Origin: Patescibacteria group bacterium
GTDB lineage: Bacteria > Patescibacteriota > UBA1384 > UBA12157 > JAENIV01
DNA length: 51,245 nt
NCBI GenBank assembly: GCA_023485405.1
Contig: JAMCZU010000002.1
Coordinates: 1 to 51,245, forward strand
Direction: 5' to 3'
A program made the position numbers and the translations under genes. The notes beneath the pieces are model-generated. The model was not told where the DNA came from. It did not search any database and worked only from the letters and a program-made list of their open reading frames with translations. The number at the start of each line of letters is the position of its first letter. Positions within the stretch are counted from its first letter, which is position 1. Below, piece by piece: positions 1-10,070 of this stretch.

Positions 1-34
1 TCAAAAAGGGGAAAAAGAAGTATAATAAACATAT

Positions 35-129
<95 letters not shown>

Positions 130-143
130 ATATAAAGGATAAG

Positions 144-608
144 ATGAAAAAGACCTGGCAAGAAAAATTAAAAGACAGTAAAGATTTACCGAAAGTAGTT
201 ACGCTCAAAAAAGAAGCCCAAGCTCACTGGCATGGTAAAACAATGGCCATCCCCGCTCCTTTAGAAGTAAATAAAATTATGGCCAGCGTTCCTAAAGGCA
301 AATTGATTACCATTGATGTCATTCGTCAGAAAATTGCCCAAAAACATAAAACAGATATTGGCTGTCCTCTCACTACCGGTATTTTTTCTTGGATTGCCGC
401 TCATGCTGCCGAAGAGGCGAAAGTGGAAGGAAAAAAACAAATCACGCCTTGGTGGCGAACATTGAAATCCGACGGTTCTTTAAATGAAAAATATCCTGGT
501 GGGGCTGAAAATCAAGGGAAATTACTCCAAAAAGAGGGTCATCAAATAATTCAAAAGGGTAAAAAAGTTAAAGTTCTCAATTTCGAAAAAGCTTTAGCTA
601 AGGTATAA
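144..608 (+). CDS. MGMT-family DNA-binding protein, alkyltransferase-like (Trp in place of the catalytic Cys)
   Basis: 'VPKGKLIT' and 'TPWWRTL' resemble the MGMT C-terminal domain with PCHR replaced by PWWR. Confidence 0.8.
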   Translation: MKKTWQEKLKDSKDLPKVVTLKKEAQAHWHGKTMAIPAPLEVNKIMASVPKGKLITIDVIRQKIAQKHKTDIGCPLTTGIFSWIAAHAAEEAKVEGKKQITPWWRTLKSDGSLNEKYPGGAENQGKLLQKEGHQIIQKGKKVKVLNFEKALAKV

Positions 609-638
609 TCCGAAATATTTAATTATTTCTTTTGACTT

Positions 639-662
639 CCGCTTCGAGAAGCGGTATTTTTA
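639..662 (+). terminator. Hairpin CCGCTTC-GA-GAAGCGG plus T-rich tract; also fills the spacer of a TTGACT-17-TATTTT promoter
   Basis: Inverted repeat directly after the 144..608 gene. Confidence 0.5.
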
Positions 663-667
663 TATCA

Positions 668-698
668 TCACCCTTCGCTAAAGCTTCGGAGTGACAAG
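668..698. repeat. Small hairpin element TCACCCTTCGCTAAAGCTTCGGAGTGACAAG
   Basis: Same CTTCGCT..AGCT(T/A)CG..CAAG architecture as 22825-22867. Confidence 0.55.
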
Positions 699-700
699 TC

Positions 701-1588
701 ATGAAATTTCCCCAAAATAAAAAATTTGCCTTGACAATCATTGATGACACTGACGGGGCAACTATTGAAAATGTTAAACCGGTTTATGATTTTTTATATA
801 AGCTAGGTTTTAAAACGACTAAAACTATTTGGACCTTCCCGTCAAAAGATAAATTTAAGGGACTTTTTTTACAGGATTATCGTTATCGTCAATTTATCAA
901 TAAGCTTCAGCGACAAGGGTTCGAGATTGCCTTGCACTCTGTTGGTTCGGGAAAATTTAATCGTCAAGACACCCTTGATGGTTTGGAAATATTTAAACAA
1001 TTTATTGGCCATTACCCAAAGATGCAAATTAACCATGCTCAAAATCCCGACAATCTTTATTGGGGGATAAAGAGATTATCTTTTTTAAAACCTTTTTGGC
1101 GCTGGTCAAAATTTTCCGGCGACAATCAAAAATCAACCTATTTTTGGGGCGATTATGCTAAAAAAAATATCAAATATATTCGTAACTTTAGTTTTAATTA
1201 TTTAAACACTTTAAAAGTTGATTCTTTGATGCCTTATAAAGATTCTTTAAAACCATATACAAATTATTGGTTCAGTGCGTCAAATGCACCCGATATTTCA
1301 TCTTTCTTAAAAATTACTTCCTATCAAAATATTGATAAATTAGCGGAAGAAGGTGGAGCCGCTATTATTTACACTCATTTTGCTTCTGGTTTTGTGAAAA
1401 ATGGTCAGCTAAACGCTGGATTTCAGAAAAATATGACTTATATTGCTCAAAAGGGTGGTTATTTTGTGCCGGGAAGTATTCTTTTAGATTATCTCTTAAC
1501 CCAGAAAAAACAAAAAAATACTTCAACTTCGGAAATTCGAAAATTAGAACTCAAGTGGTGTTTTGATAAAATAAAATCAAAATTTTAA
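701..1588 (+). CDS. Polysaccharide deacetylase-like (NodB-type) protein
   Basis: 'ALTIIDDTD', 'GFEIALHS', 'IIYTHF' motifs. Confidence 0.6.
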   Translation: MKFPQNKKFALTIIDDTDGATIENVKPVYDFLYKLGFKTTKTIWTFPSKDKFKGLFLQDYRYRQFINKLQRQGFEIALHSVGSGKFNRQDTLDGLEIFKQFIGHYPKMQINHAQNPDNLYWGIKRLSFLKPFWRWSKFSGDNQKSTYFWGDYAKKNIKYIRNFSFNYLNTLKVDSLMPYKDSLKPYTNYWFSASNAPDISSFLKITSYQNIDKLAEEGGAAIIYTHFASGFVKNGQLNAGFQKNMTYIAQKGGYFVPGSILLDYLLTQKKQKNTSTSEIRKLELKWCFDKIKSKF

Positions 1589-2373
1589 TAACGCTTGCTC
1601 ACAATAATTTTGGTTGATGGACCAGTTTGACTATTCAAGGTTAATAGTAGTTCAAATGGATAAAGAAGTGGGCCAAGAATATAACCTAAAAAATTTAATT
1701 TAATGAGACTGTTAACCAGTATAAACCAATGAAATCGAGATAGGAGATTTGTTGAGCAAAGTGGCGCATTCATTAGGAAAAAAACTGGTCTGATTTTTTT
1801 AATTTTGAAACGAAATTTGTCTAAAAGAGAAAATATTGTTTTTTGATCTCGACTGACTTGATGTCGAGCTCTTTGAGTTTTTAGAGGCAAATTTTCTGAA
1901 AAAATAAAAATACCATTTGGTTTTAAAAGTTTGCGAATGTTTTTAATCGCTTGGTTGTATTTTTTATCATCAACAATGTGATAAAGAATATCGAAAGCTG
2001 AAATAATATCAAATTTTCCCAAATTATTTGGCAGTGGTGTAGTGATATCTAACTCAAGTGTCTTAGCATTTCGAAAAGTTTTTTTAATTTGTTTTAAGGC
2101 GTTAGGGCTAAAATCGGAAGCGGTAATATTTTTAACGCCTAAATTTTGCCATCCTTTAATATAAAAGCCACTGCCAGAACCTATATCTAAAACTTTAACT
2201 TTTTTTAAATCAACTTCTTCTGATAGGACAATCTTGTTGAAGACTTTTTCTCTAACACGGTACATCCAATAGTTAAAAGGTAACCCTAAACCAATATAAC
2301 CGACAGTAGATAAGTCGGTTTTTTGATGTCTTTCTTGCCAATAAGCCGTCGCGTTAAAATTTTTATTTGTCAT
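1585..2373 (-). CDS. Class I SAM-dependent methyltransferase
   Basis: 'VLDIGSGSG' motif I, 'FDIISAFDILYH', 'LLKPNG'. Confidence 0.9.
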   Translation of the reverse strand: MTNKNFNATAYWQERHQKTDLSTVGYIGLGLPFNYWMYRVREKVFNKIVLSEEVDLKKVKVLDIGSGSGFYIKGWQNLGVKNITASDFSPNALKQIKKTFRNAKTLELDITTPLPNNLGKFDIISAFDILYHIVDDKKYNQAIKNIRKLLKPNGIFIFSENLPLKTQRARHQVSRDQKTIFSLLDKFRFKIKKIRPVFFLMNAPLCSTNLLSRFHWFILVNSLIKLNFLGYILGPLLYPFELLLTLNSQTGPSTKIIVSKRY

Positions 2374-2493
2374 CTTAATAGAAAAATTATACTACTAATC
2401 TTGAAAAATTGGCAATAATTTGGTAAATTTATGGGGAGAAAAAAATGCGCCCGTAAGCCTTTTGCTTTCAGCAAAGCTACGATCGCTAAATTC

Positions 2494-2569
2494 GCGCCCG
2501 TAGCTCAGTGGATAGAGCGCAAGATTGCGGATCTTGAGGTCGGAGGTTCAAATCCTCCCGGGCGCACCA
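2494..2569 (+). tRNA. tRNA-Arg(GCG)
   Basis: GCGCCCG/CGGGCGC acceptor stem plus ACCA, anticodon arm CAAGA-TTGCGGA-TCTTG, GGTTCAAATCC; promoter TTGAAA-17-TAAATT at 2401-2429. Confidence 0.96.
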
Positions 2570-2592
2570 AATTAAATATAAAGGAGCTTTAT

Positions 2593-2955
2593 ATGGGTGA
2601 AAAATTTGGACCATGTATTGAGAAAAAATGTTCTCGATGTTGCGATCCAGTAAAAGTTGCTCGTTTTTTCCCTGAAGAGAAAATTCCTATTGATAAAGAG
2701 GGAGAAAAACTTTGGCAAGAGCGACCAGAGCTTTTAGTATCCGAAAAACATACTGAAAGACCTTTTAAAGCTTACGATTGTCGAAATTTCGATTCTGAAA
2801 CCGGCCATTGCAAAGATTATGATAATCGGCCGGAAATCTGTCAAAATACCAGTTGTATTGATAAAAATTCGTCCTTAACTGTTGACGAACAGCATCAACG
2901 AGTTTTGGAAGAAAAATTTATTTCAATCCCTACTAAGAAAAAAGAGGAAAAATGA
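2593..2955 (+). CDS. YkgJ-family cysteine-cluster protein
   Basis: CxxCC ('CSRCC') and 'CKDYDNRPEIC'; start placed at ATG 2593 after AAGGAG because the 2431 start overlaps the tRNA. Confidence 0.8.
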   Translation: MGEKFGPCIEKKCSRCCDPVKVARFFPEEKIPIDKEGEKLWQERPELLVSEKHTERPFKAYDCRNFDSETGHCKDYDNRPEICQNTSCIDKNSSLTVDEQHQRVLEEKFISIPTKKKEEK

Positions 2956-4025
2956 AAAAAATACGAGTAGGAATTATTTTTGGAGGAAAATCAGTAGAAC
3001 ATGAAGTTTCTCTACAATCAGCCAAAAATATTTATGCTGCCATCGATCGTGAAAAATATGAACCTATGTTAATCGGTGTAGATAAAAAAGGTAAGTGGTT
3101 AGTTTTGAATTCTCAAAAATTTTTAATTGATGAAAATAACCCTAAAAATATTACTATTAACAATCAAAAAAGTTACGAAATTATTCCTTCAGAGATCTGT
3201 CATGGAAGTTCGTCAATTGATGTCGCCTTTCCGGTAATTCATGGGCCTTATGGTGAAGATGGCACGTTGCAAGGTCTTTTAAAATTAGCAGATATACCGT
3301 TTGTTGGTGCGGGAGTGCTTGGCTCGGCTATTGGGATGGACAAAGACATTACAAAAAGGTTACTTCGCGAATCAGGAATTCCAATTGGTAATTTCTTAGT
3401 TTTTCATCAAGGAAAAGAAAAACCAACTTTTGAGTTTGTTAAAGAAAAACTTGGTTTACCTTTTTTTCTAAAACCAGCCAATACTGGCTCGTCAGTTGGT
3501 ATTAATAAAGTTCATTCGAAAGAAGAATTTGATAAGGCTTATGAAAATGCCCTCCAATACGACAATAAAATTATGGCTGAAGAATATATTCAAGGTAAGG
3601 AATTGGAATGTTCAGTTTTGGGTAATGACAAACCAATCGCATCTGTTGTGGGTGAAGTCATTCCTCGGCATGAGTTTTATTCTTATGAAGCTAAATATCT
3701 TGATGAAAATGGTGCATTTCTAGAAATACCTGCTAAAATATCCAAAGAGTTATCTAATCAAGTAAAAAAAACAGCTGTTCAAGTCTTTGAATTTCTTGAA
3801 TGCGAAGGTATGGCACGGGTTGACTTCTTTTTAAGAAAAGATAGTAAGATTTTTGTTAATGAAATTAATACGATTCCTGGTTTCACTTCTATTAGTATGT
3901 ATCCTCGACTCTGGGAAGCCAGCGGTGTTTCTCTTAAGGAACTTATTAGTCAACTTATTAAGCTAGCCATTGAAAGACATGGAAAAGAAAGAAAGATAAA
4001 AACTGATTATCTTATGTTAAAATAG
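2952..4025 (+). CDS. ddl: D-alanine--D-alanine ligase
   Basis: 'FGGKSVEHEVSLQSA', 'HGPYGEDG', 'GSSVG', 'NEINTIPGFT'. Confidence 0.97.
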   Translation: MKKIRVGIIFGGKSVEHEVSLQSAKNIYAAIDREKYEPMLIGVDKKGKWLVLNSQKFLIDENNPKNITINNQKSYEIIPSEICHGSSSIDVAFPVIHGPYGEDGTLQGLLKLADIPFVGAGVLGSAIGMDKDITKRLLRESGIPIGNFLVFHQGKEKPTFEFVKEKLGLPFFLKPANTGSSVGINKVHSKEEFDKAYENALQYDNKIMAEEYIQGKELECSVLGNDKPIASVVGEVIPRHEFYSYEAKYLDENGAFLEIPAKISKELSNQVKKTAVQVFEFLECEGMARVDFFLRKDSKIFVNEINTIPGFTSISMYPRLWEASGVSLKELISQLIKLAIERHGKERKIKTDYLMLK

Positions 4026-4045
4026 GTAGGTTTTAAAATTTATTT

Positions 4046-5500
4046 ATGTCTTTAACCAGAAAAGTTGCTCACAATACCATCGTTCAAATTGTTGGCAAGG
4101 TGATTACCACCTTGATTTCTTTATTTTTAGTTGCCGCCTTGACTCGTTATTTAGGGGTTTCGAGCTATGGTCAATATACAACTATTTTTGCCTATACCCA
4201 ATTTTTTGCAGTCTTGGCTGATTTTGGCTTTTTCTGGTTTTTAGTCAGAGAAATTGCCAAACCCGATGTTGATAGTGATAAAATTACCAATAATGTCTTA
4301 ACTTTTCGAAGTATTATCGCTCTTAGTATTTTTGCTTTATCGTTTTTAATCGCTCTTTTAATCCCTCAATATCATGATATCCGTTTAGGTATTGGGATTA
4401 TTGCCGCGGCCACTTTTTGGATGACTTTAAATGGGACTTATGTTGGTATTTTCCAAAACAAATTACGGATGGATAAAGCGGCCATCACTGATATTATCGG
4501 TCGCTTAGTTATTTTTGCTCTTATTCTTTACCAAATTAAAAGTAACGCTTCGCTTGATCTTATTTTATGGTCATATTTTTTGGGTAATATGGCTAATTTC
4601 TTTGCTAGTGCTTATCTAGGCCGAGCTTATCTTCATTTTAAGTTAGCTTTTGACTTTAATCTTTGGAAAAAGATTTTTTGGGAGTGTTTGCCAATTTCGG
4701 TGGTGACAATTCTGGCGATGATTTATTTTAAAGTTGATACAATTATGCTTTCACTTCTTCGTAGTTCGACTGATGTTGGTATCTATGGTCCGCCTTATAA
4801 AGTGGTTGAAATTTTGCTTTTGCTTCCTTCGATTTTTATGGGTAATGTTTTTCCAATTATTACTCGTTATATTTATGAGAAAAATGATCAAGTGCAAAAG
4901 ATTTTTCAAAAAGCCTTTGATTTTCTAATAGTTATCGCTGTCCCCATCGTAGTCGGAGTAATTTTTACCGCGCCTCGGATTATTGAAATTATTGCCGGCA
5001 GCGATTTTACAACCATTCACACTATTGGTCCGGTTTGGGGTATTCCGGCAACTTCTGGTTTTGCTTTACAAATACTGATTGTGGCGGTGGGTATTTCTTT
5101 TTTATCTCATCTTTTTGGCTACACGGTTATTTCTTTGGGCCAACAAAAGAAACTAGTCTGGCCTAATTTGGTTTTAGTCTTTTTTAATATTAGTTTAAAC
5201 CTGATTTTAATTCCTAAAATATCATATATTGGCGCGGCGATTACTACGGTGCTGACAGAAATGCTGGTTGTTTTACTTTATTTTGCGGTGATGCGGCGCT
5301 TCTTTGATCAGAAAATTCATCTTCAAATCTTGTGGAAGGTGATCTTTTCTGGTATAGTCTTAGGTTTAGTTTTAAAATTCCTAAGCTTTTTAGCGTTATG
5401 GTATTTAGTACCACTTGGTGGGCTAGTTTACTTTTTAAGTCTGTATTTAGTTAAAGGAATATCAAAAGAAACGATAACCGAGGTTATTAAAGTAAAATGA
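4046..5500 (+). CDS. Wzx-type polysaccharide flippase
   Basis: Many TM segments; 'YFKVDTIMLS..VGIY', 'LIPKISYIGAAITT'. Confidence 0.9.
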   Translation: MSLTRKVAHNTIVQIVGKVITTLISLFLVAALTRYLGVSSYGQYTTIFAYTQFFAVLADFGFFWFLVREIAKPDVDSDKITNNVLTFRSIIALSIFALSFLIALLIPQYHDIRLGIGIIAAATFWMTLNGTYVGIFQNKLRMDKAAITDIIGRLVIFALILYQIKSNASLDLILWSYFLGNMANFFASAYLGRAYLHFKLAFDFNLWKKIFWECLPISVVTILAMIYFKVDTIMLSLLRSSTDVGIYGPPYKVVEILLLLPSIFMGNVFPIITRYIYEKNDQVQKIFQKAFDFLIVIAVPIVVGVIFTAPRIIEIIAGSDFTTIHTIGPVWGIPATSGFALQILIVAVGISFLSHLFGYTVISLGQQKKLVWPNLVLVFFNISLNLILIPKISYIGAAITTVLTEMLVVLLYFAVMRRFFDQKIHLQILWKVIFSGIVLGLVLKFLSFLALWYLVPLGGLVYFLSLYLVKGISKETITEVIKVK

Positions 5501-5513
5501 ATGAGATAAAACA

Positions 5514-6593
5514 ATGAAGATAGCAATAGACGCACAAACGACACTTGGTCAAAAGACTGGTTTTGGTTTTTATGTTAAAAATTTAGTCGAAGCTTTGGCT
5601 AAGGTTGACCCTGAAAATCAATATATTTTAATTAAACCTAAAACAGAGACAGATTTTCCGACTTGGAAAAGATTTTGGTGGGACCAAGTGGCTTTTCCTT
5701 GGAAATCTCGTCGGGCAAAAGTTGATTTAATCCATCAACCCTGTTTTTCGGCTCCACTTTTTTATCCAGGCAAAGTGATTGCTACTTGTCACGATTTAAT
5801 TTCTGTCTTCTTTCCGGAAAATTTACCTTTGGCTTCTCGACTTTTTTATTCCCGCTGGATGCCATTTTCTTACCGAAAAGCCTTAATGCTCATTGCTGAC
5901 AGCGAACACACTAAAAGAGATATTATATCGCTTTTAAAAATCCCGTCATCACAAATTAGAGTAGTTCATTTAGCAGTTTCGCCTGATTTTAAACCAGTTG
6001 AAAGTAAATCAAAAATTACTAAAATTGGACAAAAATATCAAACCGGTCCAAAGTATTTATTACATGTGGGGACACTGGAACCGCGTAAAAATTTAGAATT
6101 TTTAGTGCGAACTTTTGCTTTGGCGGTGCGTGAAGGAATTTCCGAGAACTTGGTTATTACCGGTAAAAAAGGTTGGTATTATGATGGACTTTTTAAGTTG
6201 GTTAAAAAATTAAATCTTGAAAAAAAAGTCATTTTTACTGGTTATGTTGAGGAAAATGACTTGCCAGCCCTTTACTCTGGGGCAACGGTTTTTTTGTTTC
6301 CGTCTTTATATGAAGGTTTTGGCCTGCCGCCACTGGAGGCAATGGCCTGTGGTACGCCAGTTATTTCTTCAAACACCTCTTCTTTGCCAGAGGTAGTAGG
6401 CCGTGCTGGTCTTCTACTGCCACCGCGGGACGAAAGATTATGGGCCAGGAATATTTTAAAGGTCATTAAAGATAAAGGTTTAGCTGAAACTTTAAAGAAG
6501 TTGGGCCCAAGACAAGCGGCCAAATTTACTTGGGAAAATACCGCTCGTCAGACCATTGAAGTTTATAAAGAAGCGATGGGGAAAAAATTATGA
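5514..6593 (+). CDS. GT4 glycosyltransferase
   Basis: 'VGTLEPRKN', 'EGFGLPPLEAMACG'. Confidence 0.95.
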   Translation: MKIAIDAQTTLGQKTGFGFYVKNLVEALAKVDPENQYILIKPKTETDFPTWKRFWWDQVAFPWKSRRAKVDLIHQPCFSAPLFYPGKVIATCHDLISVFFPENLPLASRLFYSRWMPFSYRKALMLIADSEHTKRDIISLLKIPSSQIRVVHLAVSPDFKPVESKSKITKIGQKYQTGPKYLLHVGTLEPRKNLEFLVRTFALAVREGISENLVITGKKGWYYDGLFKLVKKLNLEKKVIFTGYVEENDLPALYSGATVFLFPSLYEGFGLPPLEAMACGTPVISSNTSSLPEVVGRAGLLLPPRDERLWARNILKVIKDKGLAETLKKLGPRQAAKFTWENTARQTIEVYKEAMGKKL

Positions 6594-7729
6594 AAATTGC
6601 CATTGATGCTTCAAGGGCAATTAATGAAAAAGCGGGGATTGGCCGATATACTTTGGAGTTGACTCGTCAGTTACTTAAAAGTGATTCAAAAAATACTTAT
6701 CTTTTACTTTTTAGTTTTATGAGGAGCAGTAGTCGTAAAGAAAAAATCATTAAAGAATTTCGTACTTATAAAAATGTGGAAGTAAAAATTTTAAGAATTC
6801 CTGGAAATTTGAAAGAAAAAGTTTGGGGTTGGAAATTACCATGGTTTAAAAGTCTTTTAAAAGATGCGGACATTTTTTACGCTCCCAGTTTTTTAGAAGT
6901 GAATTTAGGTTTAAATTTGCCCCAAGTAGTCACCATTTATGATTTAACCACTTTTCTTTTTCCCGAGCATCTTGGTAAAAAGATGTCGGATTTTTTTAAT
7001 TTAAAAACCCAGCAGGCTTGTTCGAAAGCCTCTAAAATCATTGCGATCTCAAAGTCTACTAAAAATGATTTAGAAAAAATCTTAAAAATTAAGGAATCAA
7101 AAATTACGGTTATTTATCCAGGTCGAAATTTAATAGGTACCATGGCCAAAAATTTACCATCATTTTTAAAAGCAAAATCATATATTTTAGCGGTGGGTAC
7201 GATTGAACCAAGAAAAAATCTAATTAGTCTTTTTAAGGCTTATGCGATCTTACCGCCACGACTCCAAGAACAATACCCTTTAGTTGTTGTTGGTGCCAAG
7301 GGTTGGAATACGGGAAAAATTTTTGATATTTTAAATCATTTGAAATTAGAAAATAAAGTAAAATTTTTGGGTTTCGTGCCTGATGCGATGTTGGGGAAAC
7401 TCTATAAAGAAGCGGCTGTTTTTGTTTATCCTAGTTTGTATGAAGGTTTTGGCTTTCCGGTTTTAGAAGCTCTTTCTTTTGGTACACCAGTGGTGACATC
7501 CAGCATTTCTTCTTTGCCGGAAGTGGCAGGTAAGGCCGCTATTCTTATTGACCCGCAAGATCCAAAATCAATTTCGAGTGGTCTTCAGAAATTATTAGAA
7601 CACAAAGAAGAGATAGCACTCTTGAAGGGAAACGCTCGTATTCAGGCTAATAAATTTTCTTGGAGCACGGCCGCACGTGAGACTTTAGTAGTTTTTGACG
7701 AGGTAGTAAAAAAGGTTCATGAAGATTAA
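6590..7729 (+). CDS. GT4 glycosyltransferase
   Basis: 'VGTIEPRKN', 'EGFGFPVLEA'. Confidence 0.95.
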   Translation: MKIAIDASRAINEKAGIGRYTLELTRQLLKSDSKNTYLLLFSFMRSSSRKEKIIKEFRTYKNVEVKILRIPGNLKEKVWGWKLPWFKSLLKDADIFYAPSFLEVNLGLNLPQVVTIYDLTTFLFPEHLGKKMSDFFNLKTQQACSKASKIIAISKSTKNDLEKILKIKESKITVIYPGRNLIGTMAKNLPSFLKAKSYILAVGTIEPRKNLISLFKAYAILPPRLQEQYPLVVVGAKGWNTGKIFDILNHLKLENKVKFLGFVPDAMLGKLYKEAAVFVYPSLYEGFGFPVLEALSFGTPVVTSSISSLPEVAGKAAILIDPQDPKSISSGLQKLLEHKEEIALLKGNARIQANKFSWSTAARETLVVFDEVVKKVHED

Positions 7730-9383
7730 TTTTCTCCAAAAATTATTAATAGCCTGGGGTATATTTTGGGGTGTCTTAGGGATAGGTCTCTATTTTTTGG
7801 GACTTTTGGGTTTATTTTATCAGAATATAGTAATTGCTTACGGTTTAATCTGTTTTGTTGTTCTAGTATATTTTTTATTTAAGCAAAGTCCGCCAGCTGG
7901 CGAGTTCTCTGCAATCAAAAAAGATTGGGTTGTTGGTGTAATTTTAATTGGTTTTTTGGCTTTTGCCGTTTTAAATTTTCTAATTCTACTGGCACCGGAA
8001 GTTGGTTTTGATGCGCTCTGGTATCACTTAACTTTGCCAAAAATTTATCTGATGACGTACCATGTTTCTTATCTTCCTGGTGGACTACTTTATTACTCAG
8101 TCATGCCGCGACTAGCCGAAATGATCTATGGTTTTGGTCTGAGTTTGGATCATACGGGGATGTTGCCAAAAATTATTCATTATTTGTTTGGTTTTGCCTG
8201 GGCGGCGTCAACATATCTTTTCGCGCGTTTATTTTTAGGAAGAAAACATGCGTTACTCGTGTCTTTAATTTGTTATGGGACATATCTTACAACTTGGCTC
8301 TCACAGACTGCTTATATTGATTTAATTGTCGCTTTTTATTCGGCAATGGCACTTTGGGGAACATTTAAATATTTAGAAAATCGTCATCCAAATTATCTTT
8401 ATCTTTCGGCGATTTTTATGGGTTTAACTTTAGCGAGTAAACTTTATGGATTGATTTTGTTATTAGTGATCTTTGGTGTTTTAATTTCAAAGGCTAATTG
8501 GAAAATGACCATTCGTTTTACCGGAATTGCGATTGCGATTGTTTTACCATTTTATCTTCAAGCGTATTTTTCGACTGGTAATCCTTTTTATCCGGTCTTT
8601 TCAGTGCAGGAATCGGCTTTAACAATGTACACCGGTGGTTATACTAACTTAAGAGATTGGTATCTTGAAGGTTGGTGGCAGCATCTGCCCAATCTTTTTT
8701 GGGAAATGGTGGTTTATCGTTTCACCCCCATTTTTAGTTTAGTCTTTTTGGTTTTTTTCGCGAAAAATTGGCAAAAAATGTTGCCACTGCTAATTGTTTT
8801 TTTGAGTTTCTTTTTTCTCTGGTCTCTTAATCCTGTTCAGGAGCCTCGTTATTTTATTGTCATTTTGCCGGTGATAGCTACTATTTCAATCTATGTTCTA
8901 GCTAGTATCGAATGGAAAATATTTAAAGTGATCGCCATTGTTTTAGCATTAGTCGGTCTGATTTTTAATTTTTCTTATACTAAGAGCCAATTTAAGGAAA
9001 CACTAGAAGAAATTTTTGGCAAAAATCCACGTCAAAACTATCTTCAAGCAAGATTGACTCCACCGCGAAATTTTTATGATTTTTCAGGAACTTTTTCTCA
9101 AGAAATACAAGATAAAAAAGTCTTAACGGTTAATATTCACAATCTTTTTTATCTTAATTTTAATTTTTGGGATTGGAGCTTTATTGAAGATAAGTATGAC
9201 CCTAATGCGTCGGCGGTGACCATGGCTTCCGAGCTAAAAAATAATGGTTATAATTTTGTCTTAATTGGTCATTTAAGCGCTGCGCAGTGGTTAGGGTTAC
9301 CGTCGGACGAAGTAGACAAAAATTTTAAACTGATTCTTAAAGAAAACGATTTTTCGCTTTACAAAATTGGAGAAAATAAATGA
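7719..9383 (+). CDS. GT-C fold (ArnT/GT39-like) membrane glycosyltransferase
   Basis: Multi-TM; 'FDALWYHL', 'AYIDL', 'GNPFYP', 'PRYF'. Confidence 0.75.
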   Translation: MKINFLQKLLIAWGIFWGVLGIGLYFLGLLGLFYQNIVIAYGLICFVVLVYFLFKQSPPAGEFSAIKKDWVVGVILIGFLAFAVLNFLILLAPEVGFDALWYHLTLPKIYLMTYHVSYLPGGLLYYSVMPRLAEMIYGFGLSLDHTGMLPKIIHYLFGFAWAASTYLFARLFLGRKHALLVSLICYGTYLTTWLSQTAYIDLIVAFYSAMALWGTFKYLENRHPNYLYLSAIFMGLTLASKLYGLILLLVIFGVLISKANWKMTIRFTGIAIAIVLPFYLQAYFSTGNPFYPVFSVQESALTMYTGGYTNLRDWYLEGWWQHLPNLFWEMVVYRFTPIFSLVFLVFFAKNWQKMLPLLIVFLSFFFLWSLNPVQEPRYFIVILPVIATISIYVLASIEWKIFKVIAIVLALVGLIFNFSYTKSQFKETLEEIFGKNPRQNYLQARLTPPRNFYDFSGTFSQEIQDKKVLTVNIHNLFYLNFNFWDWSFIEDKYDPNASAVTMASELKNNGYNFVLIGHLSAAQWLGLPSDEVDKNFKLILKENDFSLYKIGENK

Positions 9384-10066
9384 AATTATCAATCATCATC
9401 CCGGTTTTTAACGAAGAAAAGAATATTAGAGAAGTAATTTCCCAGGTTAAAAATATTCCAATTAGTATGCAAAAAGAAATTATTATTGTTGATGACGGTT
9501 CAAAAGACAAAACAAGAGAAATCCTTCAAAGTTATAGTAAAGATCCGTCCGTTAAAACTATCTTTCAAGATAAAAATTTAGGTAAAGGTTCGGCCATTCG
9601 TCGGGGTTTGGAAGAAGCAAAAGGCGATTTTATTGTGATTCAAGATGCTGATATGGAATATTCGGTGGCAGATTATCCCAAACTTTTGAAACCATTTTTA
9701 TTGGAAAAAGCTCAAGTTGTTTATGGCTCAAGATTTTTAGGAAAAATTTCGGGGATGCGCTGGCAAAATCGGCTGGCAAATAAAATTTTAACAACTACTG
9801 TTAATCTATTGTATGGTATTAGAATTACTGATGAGGCCACGGCTTACAAAGCTTTTCGTCGCGATTTGATTCAGAAGATACCCTTAAAATGTCAAAGATT
9901 TGAATTTTGCCCGGAGGTAACGGCTAAAATTGCCAAAAGAGGCTACAAGATTTTTGAAGTGCCTATTACTTACCGGGGTCGCACGAGTAAAGATGGTAAA
10001 AAAATCAAATTGCAAGATGCTTTTGAGGCTTTTTGGACGCTCATAAAGTATCGTTTTAGAAATTAA
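9380..10066 (+). CDS. GT2 polyprenol-phosphate glycosyltransferase (DPM1-like)
   Basis: 'IIPVFNEE', 'VDDGSKD', 'QDADMEY'. Confidence 0.93.
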   Translation: MKLSIIIPVFNEEKNIREVISQVKNIPISMQKEIIIVDDGSKDKTREILQSYSKDPSVKTIFQDKNLGKGSAIRRGLEEAKGDFIVIQDADMEYSVADYPKLLKPFLLEKAQVVYGSRFLGKISGMRWQNRLANKILTTTVNLLYGIRITDEATAYKAFRRDLIQKIPLKCQRFEFCPEVTAKIAKRGYKIFEVPITYRGRTSKDGKKIKLQDAFEAFWTLIKYRFRN

Positions 10067-10070
10067 TAAT

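Noticed and set aside
2431-2592. N-terminal part of ORF 2431..2955
   Set aside because: Overlaps tRNA-Arg; ATG 2593 has an SD and starts the Cys-cluster domain
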